From: Dehalococcoidia bacterium
GTDB lineage: Bacteria; Chloroflexota; Dehalococcoidia; Lucifugimonadales; JADFKI01
Direction: 5' to 3'
NCBI GenBank assembly: GCA_965204605.1
Contig: OZ241999.1
Location: 2,010,473-2,074,472 of the forward strand
Length of the DNA stretch: 64,000 bases
Shown: positions 28,633 through 38,621 of the stretch, piece by piece
Position numbering within the stretch: the first letter of the stretch is position 1
Layout: each line of letters starts with the position of its first letter
Translations under genes and position numbers: made by a program
The notes under the pieces: generated by a model
Database searches by the model: none
The model's input: only the letters and a program-made list of their open reading frames with translations
Told to the model about the DNA's origin: nothing

Positions 28633-30264
28633 TCAGCCGTTGCTTGATTGCTCGGCGGACGGATTTGGCGTTAGCCCGGTTGCCGCTTTGCGGATTTCAT
28701 CATAGCGGTTTCGCGCCCACTGGCGGCGGACGCTGAATGCGGCGCCTACGGCGTCTCTTTGGGCTTGCGTCTGTATGCGCCCTTCGGCGAGCGCCTTGTC
28801 AATCGTCTGCGTTGCGTTCAGCCTATCGCCCTTATCGCTGTTGCAGGATACGCAGGCGAGCGCGCGGTTCCAGCAGTCGTCGTTAGAGCCGTCCCCCTTG
28901 TTCGGCTCTACATGGTCAAGCTGAAGAACGCGCCTATCGTCATCCTGTCTGCGCCCGCAGTACCAGCAATCCGTTCCCCACTGATCGACGAATGCGCGCC
29001 ATATCGCATCGCCCGTTTCCAACGGCTTTTGGCGAAACCTGATTTCTGGAAGAGTAGGGCGGCGCGGCGGCAGATGTTCAAGCCCGGTATCGCCGTCGGT
29101 TCGGACGGGAAGTTGATTAGGGCCGCGCACGCTGAGAACGCCTTTGCCTTCGAACCGCGGCGACGCCTCTTCGTATTCGGACTCATCGCCTTCGACGGTC
29201 ATGCCGAGTTCGGGCTTTTTGGCGAATTGGCGGCGAACCACCGTCCACGCTCTTGGAGACATGTCGCAGGCTATCCATCTGCGCCCCGATTCTTCTGCCG
29301 CCACGGGGACGTAGGCGCACCCCGCAAAGCAGTCCATCACGATGTCGCCGGGATTGCTGGACACTTCTATAATGCGGCGGGCGAGCGCTTGCGGTTTCTG
29401 AGTGGGGTAGCCCGTGGTCTCGCGTTGATTGGTCAGCGCGGGAATATCGTCCCACCACGATTCCGGAACCTTGCCTTGCCCGAAAAGAGAACGCACCCGT
29501 TCCTCGCTGCGCCGCCCTGCGGTTTCTACCGATGGCGATATGAAACTGCGCGCGCCCTCAACTCGCCCGCGCCTGGCAAGCGTTTCTTGGTTGTACGGCA
29601 CGCGCACGGCGTCTCTGTTGAACACCGCTTTGTTGGATTTGGCGTAAAACAAGATGGTGTCATGCTTGCGGGGAAACCAGCGCCTTGTGTTGCTGGGTCC
29701 CGTGTATGCCCACGCAATCTCATTGCGAAAGTTGGCGGGGCCAAACACCGCGTCCATTAACTGGCGGAGGTATGCGTTGGCGTCGTGGTCGCAGTGCAGA
29801 TAGACGCTGCCCGTTGATTTTAGGACGCGCCGTATCTCGATTATTCGCTGCGCCATAAACGCGATATACGCCGCCGTGTCCTCGCCGTGCGTGCGGCGGG
29901 TGGACTCTATGAGCCACCATACGGGCGTGTCTTTGATTCGCTCCCACCAATCCTGCTGCAGCACTCGCTCAAAGCGCCACATCTCCCTGAACAGCGCCGT
30001 CTGCCCCGTTTGGTCGGGATACTCTACGCCCAACTCATACGCGCCGGCGACATCATATATGCGCCATTCGTCCATCAACTCGCGCTCTAGTTTGCGCTCA
30101 AGCGCTGACAGCGGCGGCTTTAGGTTTCCCTTAAATGTCTGCTTCTTGCCGAATGGCGGATCAATGACGACGAGGTCTATGCTCTCAGTATCCAGCGCCC
30201 TGAGAAACGGCAGGTTGTCGCTGATAAAGACGGCGCGGTTCAGATTGTCCGTATTTAGAGGCAT
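28633..30264 (-). CDS. DNA amino-methyltransferase fused to a C-terminal HNH endonuclease domain
   Basis: Motif IV VVIDPPFGK, then GYPTQKPQAL, then an atypical motif I MDCFAGCAYVPVAAE. C-terminal CWYCGRR..LQLDHVEP..CVSCNSDKGD (HNH). ATG at 30264 follows GGGAG. The ORF track's 30381 start is less likely. Confidence 0.85.
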   Translation of the reverse strand: MPLNTDNLNRAVFISDNLPFLRALDTESIDLVVIDPPFGKKQTFKGNLKPPLSALERKLERELMDEWRIYDVAGAYELGVEYPDQTGQTALFREMWRFERVLQQDWWERIKDTPVWWLIESTRRTHGEDTAAYIAFMAQRIIEIRRVLKSTGSVYLHCDHDANAYLRQLMDAVFGPANFRNEIAWAYTGPSNTRRWFPRKHDTILFYAKSNKAVFNRDAVRVPYNQETLARRGRVEGARSFISPSVETAGRRSEERVRSLFGQGKVPESWWDDIPALTNQRETTGYPTQKPQALARRIIEVSSNPGDIVMDCFAGCAYVPVAAEESGRRWIACDMSPRAWTVVRRQFAKKPELGMTVEGDESEYEEASPRFEGKGVLSVRGPNQLPVRTDGDTGLEHLPPRRPTLPEIRFRQKPLETGDAIWRAFVDQWGTDCWYCGRRQDDDRRVLQLDHVEPNKGDGSNDDCWNRALACVSCNSDKGDRLNATQTIDKALAEGRIQTQAQRDAVGAAFSVRRQWARNRYDEIRKAATGLTPNPSAEQSSNG

Positions 30265-30456
30265 AGCCGCTCCCTGATGTTCGCCTATCCCAATGTTCGC
30301 AGAACTATTTCTCGGCGTGGCAGTGAAAAGCGAACATATGATACACATACTAACATAATACGAAACTTGCGCTAGATGCAATAGCGCGAAGGGTATTTTG
30401 TGGCGGAGATATTGGTATCATTGCAAATCAAAATCCCGACGGCGTTGGAGCGATAG

Positions 30457-31617
30457 ATGGTTGCCGCCCTCACAATCGATCCCGATATGACTGCGCTGAA
30501 TAAACCCGCGGACGGGCGGTTCACGGTTGCGGAATACTTTGCGGGCATAGGACTGTTTCGGATGGGGCTTGAAGCGGCGGGATGGCGGGTTGCGTATGCC
30601 AACGATTGGAACGCAAAGCGCGCACAGATGTATGAGGGTTTCTTCGGCGAAAGTTATCAGACGCAGGATGTTTTCGACATACGCCCCAGCGATGTCCCCC
30701 CGACTATGCTGGCGACCTGTTCATTCCCATGTACAGACTTGTCGCTCGCCGGCAAAGGCGCCGGCCTCAACGGCAAACATTCGGGCGCTTTCTGGGGCTT
30801 TCACCGCATCCTGAAAGAACAGGGGACACAAGCGCCGCCCATCGTACTGCTTGAGAATGTCGCGGGTTGGCTATACTCCAACGGCGGCGCAGATTTCTAC
30901 GCCACCGCGAAAGCGCTCAACGATTTGGGTTACGCCTGCGATGCGTTCACGCTAAACGCCCGCTCGTTTGTGCCGCAAAGCCGCCCGCGCGTGTTCATGG
31001 TGGGCGTGAAAAGCGGTGATGGGTCGACAGATCCGATGAATTGGTCATCCCGCTCCAAGCGATTGATGCCGCCCAAGCTCAGGGAGTTGACGGATAAGAA
31101 TGATGCTATCCAATGGACTTGCTTAGACATTCCGGAGCCGCCGCCTTACATCGACACGGGCTTATCTGAACGCATCGTAGAGAAAATCCCGCCGAATGAC
31201 GCGCGCTGGTGGGCGGCGGATAAGGTTCGCAAGCATATTAAGATGATGTCGCCGCCGCACTTGGCGATGGCAAAGCGGCTATCCCAAAGTAAAGTGGAAC
31301 GCTTCAGGACATTCTATCGCCGCCGCCGCGCCGAGGGGCAGCGCGCAGAGGTTCGGCGCGACGACATCGCCGGCTGCCTTCGCACGGCGGGCGGCGGCAG
31401 CGGCAAGCAGTTCCTGCTGGCAGCGGGGAATGGCGCTATACGAATGCGAACCCTCACGGCGCGGGAATACGCCCGATTGCAAGGCGTTCCTGACGCTTAT
31501 CCGATTGCGTCGGACAGCGAGCGGCAAGCCTTGGACGCTTTCGGCGACGCAGTATGCGTTCCTGTGGTGTCGTGGATTGCGCGGGAAATTCTGGCGCCGC
31601 TTGCTGCTAATGTGTGA
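30457..31617 (+). CDS. dcm: DNA (cytosine-5)-methyltransferase
   Basis: Motif I EYFAGIGL, motif IV SFPCTDLS, motif VI LLENV, QSRPRVF, RTLTAREYARLQGVPD, and GDAVCVPV. Confidence 0.9.
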   Translation: MVAALTIDPDMTALNKPADGRFTVAEYFAGIGLFRMGLEAAGWRVAYANDWNAKRAQMYEGFFGESYQTQDVFDIRPSDVPPTMLATCSFPCTDLSLAGKGAGLNGKHSGAFWGFHRILKEQGTQAPPIVLLENVAGWLYSNGGADFYATAKALNDLGYACDAFTLNARSFVPQSRPRVFMVGVKSGDGSTDPMNWSSRSKRLMPPKLRELTDKNDAIQWTCLDIPEPPPYIDTGLSERIVEKIPPNDARWWAADKVRKHIKMMSPPHLAMAKRLSQSKVERFRTFYRRRRAEGQRAEVRRDDIAGCLRTAGGGSGKQFLLAAGNGAIRMRTLTAREYARLQGVPDAYPIASDSERQALDAFGDAVCVPVVSWIAREILAPLAANV

Positions 31618-31896
31618 CCCCACGCCGACAGCATATCCTAGCCCCGTTGCGGCGTCGAACCGCTCGCTTGCCCGGCAATATGCGCGCCTGCGCCGCAAGC
31701 GGCGTATAGCGTCGGGAATGGGTTTGCGCTGCCGCCGCTCCTATACTGAGAGTGCCGTTTCCGCCCGATTAACTTGACTGCTATTATCGGCTATGATAGC
31801 GTTTTCGGTGCAATTCTTGCCGAAATGTTGCCCCCAACATAAGCGGGTCTTCCCATAAGTTGGGGAGGCCGCTTTTACTTTAGGGAGGAACCAGCC

Positions 31897-33936
31897 TTGG
31901 AAATCATACTCATAGCCGTGGTCGCGAGCATCGTGGCGCTTGCGTTTGCGCTCATATTGGCGCTGAATGTAACGCGGCAGGACGGGGGCAGCGAAGAGAT
32001 TCAGTTCATCGGGCGCGCCATACAGCAGGGCGCTATGGCGTTTCTCACTAGGGAATACACGCTGCTTGCTGCTTTCGTGGTAGTGGTGGCTATCATCCTG
32101 GCGGTGTTCATCGACTTCGACGTCACCGGCAAAGTGGGCGCAAGCAACGGCTTTCCCTCGACTGCGCTGTCGTACCTCATCGGCGCTATCGGCTCCGGGC
32201 TTGCGGGCTTCATCGGCATGAGCATTGCGGTGCGCGCCAACACCCGCACGGCGGTCAAGGCGATGCAGGGGCTGAACCCCGCGCTTCGCGTCGCCTTCAA
32301 CAGCGGCACGGTGATGGGCATATCGGTCGTGGGCATCGGGCTGCTCGGCATATCCATCCTGTACTTCATATTCCGCGACATAACGGTTGTGGCGGGCTTC
32401 GGATTCGGGGCGTCATCCATCGCGTTGTTCGCAAGGGTGGGCGGCGGCATCTACACCAAGGCGGCGGATGTGGGCGCAGACCTTGTAGGCAAGGTAGAGC
32501 AGGGCATACCGGAGGACGACCCACGCAATCCGGCCACGGTCGCGGACAATGTGGGCGATAACGTGGGAGATGTGGCGGGAATGGGCGCAGACCTGTTCGA
32601 GAGCTACGTGGGCTCTATTATCGCCACGATTGCGCTTGCCGCAGTGGGCGCGGCGGCGCTCGGCGCGGCCAACCCCACCGGCGATTTTGACGCCGCGCTG
32701 TTTCTGCTGCCCATTCTGGTTGCCGCCATCGGCATATTCGCATCCATTCTCGGCACATTTCTGGTGCGCACCGGCGAAAACGCAACGATGGGCAAACTGC
32801 TATGGTCGCTGCGAACCGGCATATTCGCCGCCGGACTGCTGGTTCTCATAGGCGTTGCGATTGCAATCAGCCTGATGGGTTTGGACTTCAGACTCTTCTG
32901 GGTTGTGCTGGTTGGGTTGATAGCCGGGCAGATAATCGGCACATCGTCCGAATACTACACATCCTTCGAGTTCAATCCCACAAAGCGGCTTGCGGATCAG
33001 GCGGAAACGGGGCCCGCAACCGTCATCATCGGCGGCTTGGGGCTTGGAATGCTGAGCACGCTCATCCCCGGCTTGGTGGTTGTCATCGCGATGTGGATCG
33101 CCAACTCTTTGGCGGACACCTACGGCGTTGCGCTTGCGGCGGTCGGGATGCTTTCTACGCTGGGCATTACGCTAGCCACGGACGCCTACGGGCCGGTTGC
33201 GGACAACGCCGGCGGCATAGCGGAGCAGGCGCATCTCGACCCGGCCGTGCGCGAGCGCACCGACGCGCTGGACTCGCTTGGCAACACCACCGCGGCTACC
33301 GGCAAGGGGTTCGCGATAGGCTCGGCGGTGCTGACGGCGCTTGCGCTGATGGCGGCGTACTCGCAGGCGGCGAATGTGCAGGCGTTTGACCTGCTCAATG
33401 TTCAAGTGCTGATGGGGCTTATCATCGGCGCGACGATGCCCTTCCTGTTTGCGGCGCTCACGATGCAGGCGGTCGGCAGGGCGGCAAACGCTATGGTGCA
33501 AGAGGTGCGGCGGCAGTTCCGCGAAATCACCGGACTGCTGGAAGGCACGGCGGAGGCGGACTACGCGCGCGCGGTCGCCATCAGCACAAACGGCGCAATG
33601 CGCGAAATGGTGCTGCCGGGGCTGCTTGCGGTGGCGGTGCCTGTGGTGGTTGGCGCCGTACTCGGCGCGGAGGCGCTTGGCGGCTTGCTCATCGGCGCAA
33701 TCGCAACCGGCTTCCTGCTTGCCATAATGATGGCGAATGCGGGCGGCTCTTGGGACAACGCCAAGAAGTACATCGAGGCGGGCAACCTCGGTGGCAAGGG
33801 ATCTGAGAATCACGCCGCCGCGGTTGTGGGGGACACCGTGGGCGATCCGTTCAAAGACACATCGGGGCCGGCGCTGAATATCCTCATCAAGCTAATGTCG
33901 ATCGTTGCGTTGGTGTTCGCCCCGCTGTTCCTGTAA
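31897..33936 (+). CDS. hppA: membrane-bound proton/sodium-translocating pyrophosphatase
   Basis: [40 protein letters not shown] and [17 protein letters not shown] start behind GGGAGG. Confidence 0.95.
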   Translation: MEIILIAVVASIVALAFALILALNVTRQDGGSEEIQFIGRAIQQGAMAFLTREYTLLAAFVVVVAIILAVFIDFDVTGKVGASNGFPSTALSYLIGAIGSGLAGFIGMSIAVRANTRTAVKAMQGLNPALRVAFNSGTVMGISVVGIGLLGISILYFIFRDITVVAGFGFGASSIALFARVGGGIYTKAADVGADLVGKVEQGIPEDDPRNPATVADNVGDNVGDVAGMGADLFESYVGSIIATIALAAVGAAALGAANPTGDFDAALFLLPILVAAIGIFASILGTFLVRTGENATMGKLLWSLRTGIFAAGLLVLIGVAIAISLMGLDFRLFWVVLVGLIAGQIIGTSSEYYTSFEFNPTKRLADQAETGPATVIIGGLGLGMLSTLIPGLVVVIAMWIANSLADTYGVALAAVGMLSTLGITLATDAYGPVADNAGGIAEQAHLDPAVRERTDALDSLGNTTAATGKGFAIGSAVLTALALMAAYSQAANVQAFDLLNVQVLMGLIIGATMPFLFAALTMQAVGRAANAMVQEVRRQFREITGLLEGTAEADYARAVAISTNGAMREMVLPGLLAVAVPVVVGAVLGAEALGGLLIGAIATGFLLAIMMANAGGSWDNAKKYIEAGNLGGKGSENHAAAVVGDTVGDPFKDTSGPALNILIKLMSIVALVFAPLFL

Positions 33937-34058
33937 CGGATACGGCGTCCGCGGCGCCCCGAATTCGCGATGACAGAAACCCATACGCTCAATGTGAAGG
34001 CGCGTTTGCTATGCTACAATTAGATAGTAGGGTTGCAATCTACAAGCCCTGCGTCAGC

Positions 34059-34145
34059 GCCGAGGTGGCGGAACGGCAGACGCGGCAGACTTAAAATCTG
34101 CTTCTCTTCTCGAGAGTATGGGTTCAACTCCCTTCCTCGGCACCA
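34059..34145 (+). tRNA. tRNA-Leu (anticodon UAA), type II with a long variable arm, CCA encoded
   Basis: Acceptor GCCGAGG/CCTCGGC, D arm GCG-GAACGGCAGA-CGC, anticodon arm GCAGA-CTTAAAA-TCTGC, 16-nt variable arm, T loop TTCAACT, then ACCA. Confidence 0.9.
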
Positions 34146-34169
34146 TACCGAACACCACATAAAACAGAC

Positions 34170-34198
34170 AAGAGACTCCCGAATTCAGGGAGTCTCTT
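34170..34198. terminator. bidirectional stem-loop terminator between tRNA-Leu and the convergent aminotransferase gene
   Basis: Perfect 11-bp stem AAGAGACTCCC / GGGAGTCTCTT with loop GAATTCA, flanked by A-rich and T-rich runs. Confidence 0.7.
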
Positions 34199-34234
34199 AT
34201 AGTTTGAGTTTTGGGTTTTGGGCAGAATTGGCGG

Positions 34235-35134
34235 TTACGCCATGCTCATAACCTGGTCGACTATGTCCACGCCCACGGTTTCGCTCCACGCTGCTAGAAG
34301 CTGCTGGGTGATTTCGCCGGGCTTGCCGTCCGCTATCGTGCGCCTGTCAACCCTCGTTACCGGCAGGATGCAGGGGCCGGTGCGCGAGAAGAACACCTCG
34401 CTTGCGGTGTACAGGTCGTAGGGCTGCAGATCCTCTTGCGCTATGGGGATGCCGAGCTGGCGCGCCAAGTCCAATACCATATTGCGCGAACCTCCCTGCA
34501 GGATAGCGCTGTCGCCGGGCGTGCGTATCACGCCGTCGGCAACCACGAACACGTTGTTGGATGTGCCTTCCGTGATGTTGCCGTCCAGGTCGGTCAGCAG
34601 AGGCCAAGCGTCCGGGTCGACGTCGGCGGCTTCCAACTCCGCAAGCTCAAAGTTCATTCGACTCTGATGCTTGATTTTGGAGTCCAGCGATTCGGGTGAG
34701 TAGCTTCGGGTGCGCGCTATGACGGCGTGCAGCCCCTCGGTGTATGCGGGCGCAAAGCGTCCAAGATCGATGGGACTGACACGCACGCAGACGCTTGGCG
34801 GCCCCGCGCTGTGCGCCCAAACGCCCTTGCCGCGCGTTACGAACTGGCGTATGTAGAAATCGCCCGCCTCTGCGCGCAAGCTTTCGTTGCGCGCCACCAC
34901 CTCTTCGCTGATTGCGGTCATTTCGTCGGGGGACAGGCCGGCGTCAAGCCGCGCGTACTTGAGTGAGCGGTACAGCCGATCTATGTGATACTTCAGCCGA
35001 AACGATTTGCCGTTGAATGTGCGCGCCACGTCGAACACCACATCGCCCGTGGTGAAGCCGCGGTCGTCGGGATCTATCCGCACCTGACTTATGGGCATCC
35101 ATTCGCCGTTGAAATACGCCGTGTAATCCGCCAT
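34235..35134 (-). CDS. class IV aminotransferase (branched-chain or D-amino-acid aminotransferase family)
   Basis: DRGFTTGDVVFD, H..RLY.S, and the EGTSNNVF block. Confidence 0.85.
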   Translation of the reverse strand: MADYTAYFNGEWMPISQVRIDPDDRGFTTGDVVFDVARTFNGKSFRLKYHIDRLYRSLKYARLDAGLSPDEMTAISEEVVARNESLRAEAGDFYIRQFVTRGKGVWAHSAGPPSVCVRVSPIDLGRFAPAYTEGLHAVIARTRSYSPESLDSKIKHQSRMNFELAELEAADVDPDAWPLLTDLDGNITEGTSNNVFVVADGVIRTPGDSAILQGGSRNMVLDLARQLGIPIAQEDLQPYDLYTASEVFFSRTGPCILPVTRVDRRTIADGKPGEITQQLLAAWSETVGVDIVDQVMSMA

Positions 35135-35332
35135 TGCCGCTTCCTTTCGCTGTTCGCTTGCCTGCGCCGCATCCGCGCAGTCTTTATTTCATAACCCAAT
35201 GCGCCGTCTGCGTGTATCATCGGGCAATAGCGCGATAAGGTCAAGCCCGCACGCCCCGCAATCGTGTAGAATGTCCGCAGCAAATCGGGTTGGGAAATCG
35301 GGCTTGCCGCATGCCGCCGTTGGTGAACGAAT

Positions 35333-36148
35333 ATGAACAGGATGTATGACGAATTCGCGCATATGTGGCCGCTGATAAGCCACCACTCGGAGTATGCCGA
35401 CGAGGCGGCGCACTGGCGCAATGCGCTTACCGCCGAGCTGGGGCAAGGCAGGCATCGCATTTTGGAGCTGGGCGTTGGCGGCGGCAACAATCTGCATCAC
35501 ATCATCTATCCAGACTGCGACGCGCGCCCGTCGGCATCGGCGGCGTGCGATTGCGCTCAGAGCCGCGGTGGGGCGGCACAGCACGACGCTACTGCGGTCG
35601 ACCTGTCCGTCAAGATGCTCGCCAATTCGCGGTTGCTCAACCCCGATGTGGAGCATCACATCGGGGATATGCGCTCGGTTAGGCTGGGCGGCAAGTTCGA
35701 CGCCGTGCTGATTCACGATGCCGTGTGCTATCTGCTCAGCGAAGCCGACATCAGCGCGACGCTTGCAACGGCGCGCGCGCATTTGGTCGATGGCGGCGTA
35801 CTCATAATGGCGCCCGACTGGCTCACCGAAACATATCCGGGTACAAGGCTTGAGTGCGGGATACGGCGGGACGTTACGCCCGAGTTCGCATCGATCGAGT
35901 ACGACCACGACCCTGACCCCAGCGATAACGCGGTGGAATCGGTGTTCATATACATCGTCAAGAACGCCGACGGCAGCGTGCGCGTTGAGGAAGACCGCCA
36001 TATAACGGGCATATTCCCAATCGCAACCTGGCTTGGGCTGATGGAGCGGGCGGGCTTTCGGTCGAAGCGGCTGCCGTATCCGGTGCATGAAGATGGCAGA
36101 AACGGCTATCTGCTTGTGGGCGTTTTGGACGCCGCCGCCGCCGATTAG
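35333..36148 (+). CDS. class I SAM-dependent methyltransferase
   Basis: Motif I ILELGVGGGNN and post-I/II blocks (HIGDMRSV, FDAVLIHDAVCYL). Confidence 0.75.
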   Translation: MNRMYDEFAHMWPLISHHSEYADEAAHWRNALTAELGQGRHRILELGVGGGNNLHHIIYPDCDARPSASAACDCAQSRGGAAQHDATAVDLSVKMLANSRLLNPDVEHHIGDMRSVRLGGKFDAVLIHDAVCYLLSEADISATLATARAHLVDGGVLIMAPDWLTETYPGTRLECGIRRDVTPEFASIEYDHDPDPSDNAVESVFIYIVKNADGSVRVEEDRHITGIFPIATWLGLMERAGFRSKRLPYPVHEDGRNGYLLVGVLDAAAAD

Positions 36149-36891
36149 CGCGCGATGAAGCCGCCGTCTATGACCAATTCAGCGCCGGTGATGAACGACG
36201 CTTCGTCGGACGCCAAGAACAGAACTCCGTAGGCGACTTCGATGGTTTCGCCCGTGCGGCGCAGGGGCGTCAGCCGAACCTGCTCTTGGCGCATAGCGGC
36301 GTCGGGCTTTGAGGTGCGCATAGGCGGCATAAAGCCGGGATGCACGGAGTTGACGCGAATGCCCACCGGCCCGTACTGAACCGCCATTGCCTTGCTGAAT
36401 ATGCGAACCGCGCCTTTGGATGCGTGATAGGCGGGATGGCCGCCTTCACCGCCCACAAAGCCCATTATGGACGATATGTTGACGATGGAGCCGCCCCCGC
36501 TTTGGCGCATTCGCTCTACGGCGTGCTTGGTGCCTAGGAATACGCCGGTGGCGTTCACATCCATAATCCGATTCCAACCGTCGGTGTCCAGGCTGTCGTC
36601 TATCGCCGAGCTGCTGATGCCTGCGTTGTTGACCAGAATGTCCAGTTTGCCGTAGCGCGAAACCGCCTGTTGGATTAGGTTCTGCCAGTCGGATTCGTTG
36701 GTGACGTCTGTTTGGACGAACATTGCGTCGCCGCCCGATTCGCCAATCTGCGCCTCGACCTGCCTGCCGAGTTCTTCGGTTATGTCCGCCACTACCACCT
36801 TTGCGCCCTCGCGCGCGAACAGACACGCCTCTTCCGCGCCCATGCCGCTGCCCGCGCCCGTGATTATCGCCACTTTGCCTTCCAAGCGCAT
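36145..36891 (-). CDS. SDR-family oxidoreductase
   Basis: TGAGSGMG, NNAG and YHASKGA catalytic blocks. Confidence 0.9.
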   Translation of the reverse strand: MRLEGKVAIITGAGSGMGAEEACLFAREGAKVVVADITEELGRQVEAQIGESGGDAMFVQTDVTNESDWQNLIQQAVSRYGKLDILVNNAGISSSAIDDSLDTDGWNRIMDVNATGVFLGTKHAVERMRQSGGGSIVNISSIMGFVGGEGGHPAYHASKGAVRIFSKAMAVQYGPVGIRVNSVHPGFMPPMRTSKPDAAMRQEQVRLTPLRRTGETIEVAYGVLFLASDEASFITGAELVIDGGFIAR

Positions 36892-37129
36892 ATCTCAAAC
36901 TCCTCATGGTAGGTTTAGGGTAAGTTGTTGCGGCGATTATACCCCGTATTGGCGGTCAGTGGGCAATCCGTATGGCGGCGGCTTCCATTAAAGGGTTAGG
37001 GGATAAGCGCGGACGACTCCGCGCGACAGGCGGCGAGCCAGCAGCGAGCGCTTGGCGTCGCGAGGCGAGCACGACGGAATCAGGCGTAGGCTTGCCCCCG
37101 CATTTCCCGATAAACGGCGTTATCACCGT

Positions 37130-37372
37130 TTATTTTGCGCCGGCTGCTTTAAGCGCCCAAATCACAAGAGTATATCCTTGCTTCTTGGCTAGATCGAGGA
37201 GTCTATAGCCAGAACTCCCCCACACTCTTTTGTTGACTTTCGCGCCGGCGGCTATGAGCGATTGGACCGCTTCGTCGTGTCCCGCTTCCGCCGCATAGTG
37301 GATAAGCGACTTGACGCCGGGGCGTTTGCGCGAACTACGCCGGTTGGCGTGCTGCGCCGCGCGAGTCCGGTT
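37130..37372 (-). pseudogene. start-less remnant of an ankyrin-repeat protein gene
   Basis: Minus-strand frame reads ..KSLIHYAAEAGHDEAVQSLIAAGAKVNKRVWGSSGYRLLDLAKKQGYTLVIWALKAAGAK-stop, which matches the ANK consensus. There is an in-frame TGA at 37373-37375 and no usable start codon. The stem-loop ATAAACGG/CCGTTTAT (37110-37133) overlaps the stop codon and extends just downstream of it. Confidence 0.55.
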
Positions 37373-37572
37373 TCAGAGCGCCGCGCATGCCTCGCCGTCC
37401 GTTAGCGCGCGGCGGGGGGCAACCTTGCATTAGGGATTATAGCGCATTTCGGCGGAAGGTTGAGAGGCGCAACGCATCCCCGGCGCATGGCGTAACGCTA
37501 TCGCCACTCGACGGATCCAAGGCGGCGGATGATGGCAATCGCGCTTAGCCTACCGACGGAAGCCCTATCCGC

Positions 37573-38577
37573 CTACGCAAGGCGATACACGCGCGCGGCG
37601 GTGTCGTGGAACAGCGCCGCCTTTTCGCTGGCGGAGAAGTCCGCCACGATGCGCTTGAACGAGTTCCACATCACACTATAGGAATAGGACGCCTTGTCCA
37701 CCGGGAAGTTGCTTTCGAACATGCAGCGGTCGGGGCCGAACTGCTCGATCACATAGAGGTAGTAGGGCGCGGTCGCCTCGGCGAGTTCGGCGGAGTCGGG
37801 CGGCGCGGCGCGCTCGTGCCAGCCGAAGCCGTAGTTGGGCATGCCGCAGCCGCCTACCTTGACCACCACATTCGGGTTGGCGGCAACCTGCGCTATGCTG
37901 CGCTTCCATATCTGCATAACATCGCTGCGCCTGCCCGCATACGGACCTATGCCTAGCGGCGCGCCGATATGGTCTAGGATGATTGCGGTGTCGGGGAAGG
38001 CGCTTGCGAGGTCGGCAAGTTCGGGGAGCTGCGGATGAAACAGCCACGCGTCGAAGCTCAGTCCGTACTTTTGGAGCTGAGCGAAGCCTTCGCGGAACTT
38101 GGCGTTCATCATTGTGCCGCCGCCCTGATTCCGATATGTGGCGATTTCGCTGCTAGAGTCGAAAGCGGTGCCGTGCCGAATGCCGCGAAACCTGCCTTTG
38201 CCTAGCTCAATGTGCGCCTCCAGAACTTCCGCCACCGCATCGCCCAATCGCAGGTCTGCGTAGCCGGCGATGCCGGCGTTGATGTTGGCGGATACATCGG
38301 GCATAGCGGCCGCCTGCTCTGCGACCGCCGCCACGAACTCGGTTTCGCCGAGCGGCTGCAGGCGCTCCGGACCGTCGGCGCGGTACATAGACGAGCACTC
38401 CAAGAAGACGGTGCTCACGATGTTATGCCCCGAATTGATGTCTTGCAGCAAGTCTTCGAGCATATAGTCGTTGCCCGGTCGCTGCCAGAGGTGGTGATGC
38501 GGGTCGCATATGGGAAGATCGGGTTCAATGGGCGCTTCCTGCGTGAGCGCGAGCCAGTCGGAGCGTGGGGTAACCAT
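37573..38577 (-). CDS. amidohydrolase-2 family metal-dependent hydrolase
   Basis: ICDPHHHLW metal-binding start, ILDHIG, and a C-terminal ..FHDTAARVY. AGGAGG RBS. Confidence 0.85.
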   Translation of the reverse strand: MVTPRSDWLALTQEAPIEPDLPICDPHHHLWQRPGNDYMLEDLLQDINSGHNIVSTVFLECSSMYRADGPERLQPLGETEFVAAVAEQAAAMPDVSANINAGIAGYADLRLGDAVAEVLEAHIELGKGRFRGIRHGTAFDSSSEIATYRNQGGGTMMNAKFREGFAQLQKYGLSFDAWLFHPQLPELADLASAFPDTAIILDHIGAPLGIGPYAGRRSDVMQIWKRSIAQVAANPNVVVKVGGCGMPNYGFGWHERAAPPDSAELAEATAPYYLYVIEQFGPDRCMFESNFPVDKASYSYSVMWNSFKRIVADFSASEKAALFHDTAARVYRLA

Positions 38578-38621
38578 AGGTGGGGTCCTCCTAAGTGTGT
38601 GGTGATTTTTGCGTGGTGGTT

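Noticed and set aside
28759-29760. 333-aa plus-strand ORF inside the methylase-HNH gene. Similar shadow ORFs occur at 33172..33813, 35189..36088, 39695..40498, 40556..41593, 43696..44562 and 59464..60093.
   Set aside because: All are antisense or out of frame relative to genes with strong family signatures, and all have skewed Arg/Ala/Pro composition.
34059-34145. tRNA-Leu as an integration site for a genomic island
   Set aside because: There is no integrase, no direct repeat of the tRNA 3' end, and housekeeping genes lie on both sides (hppA and an aminotransferase).
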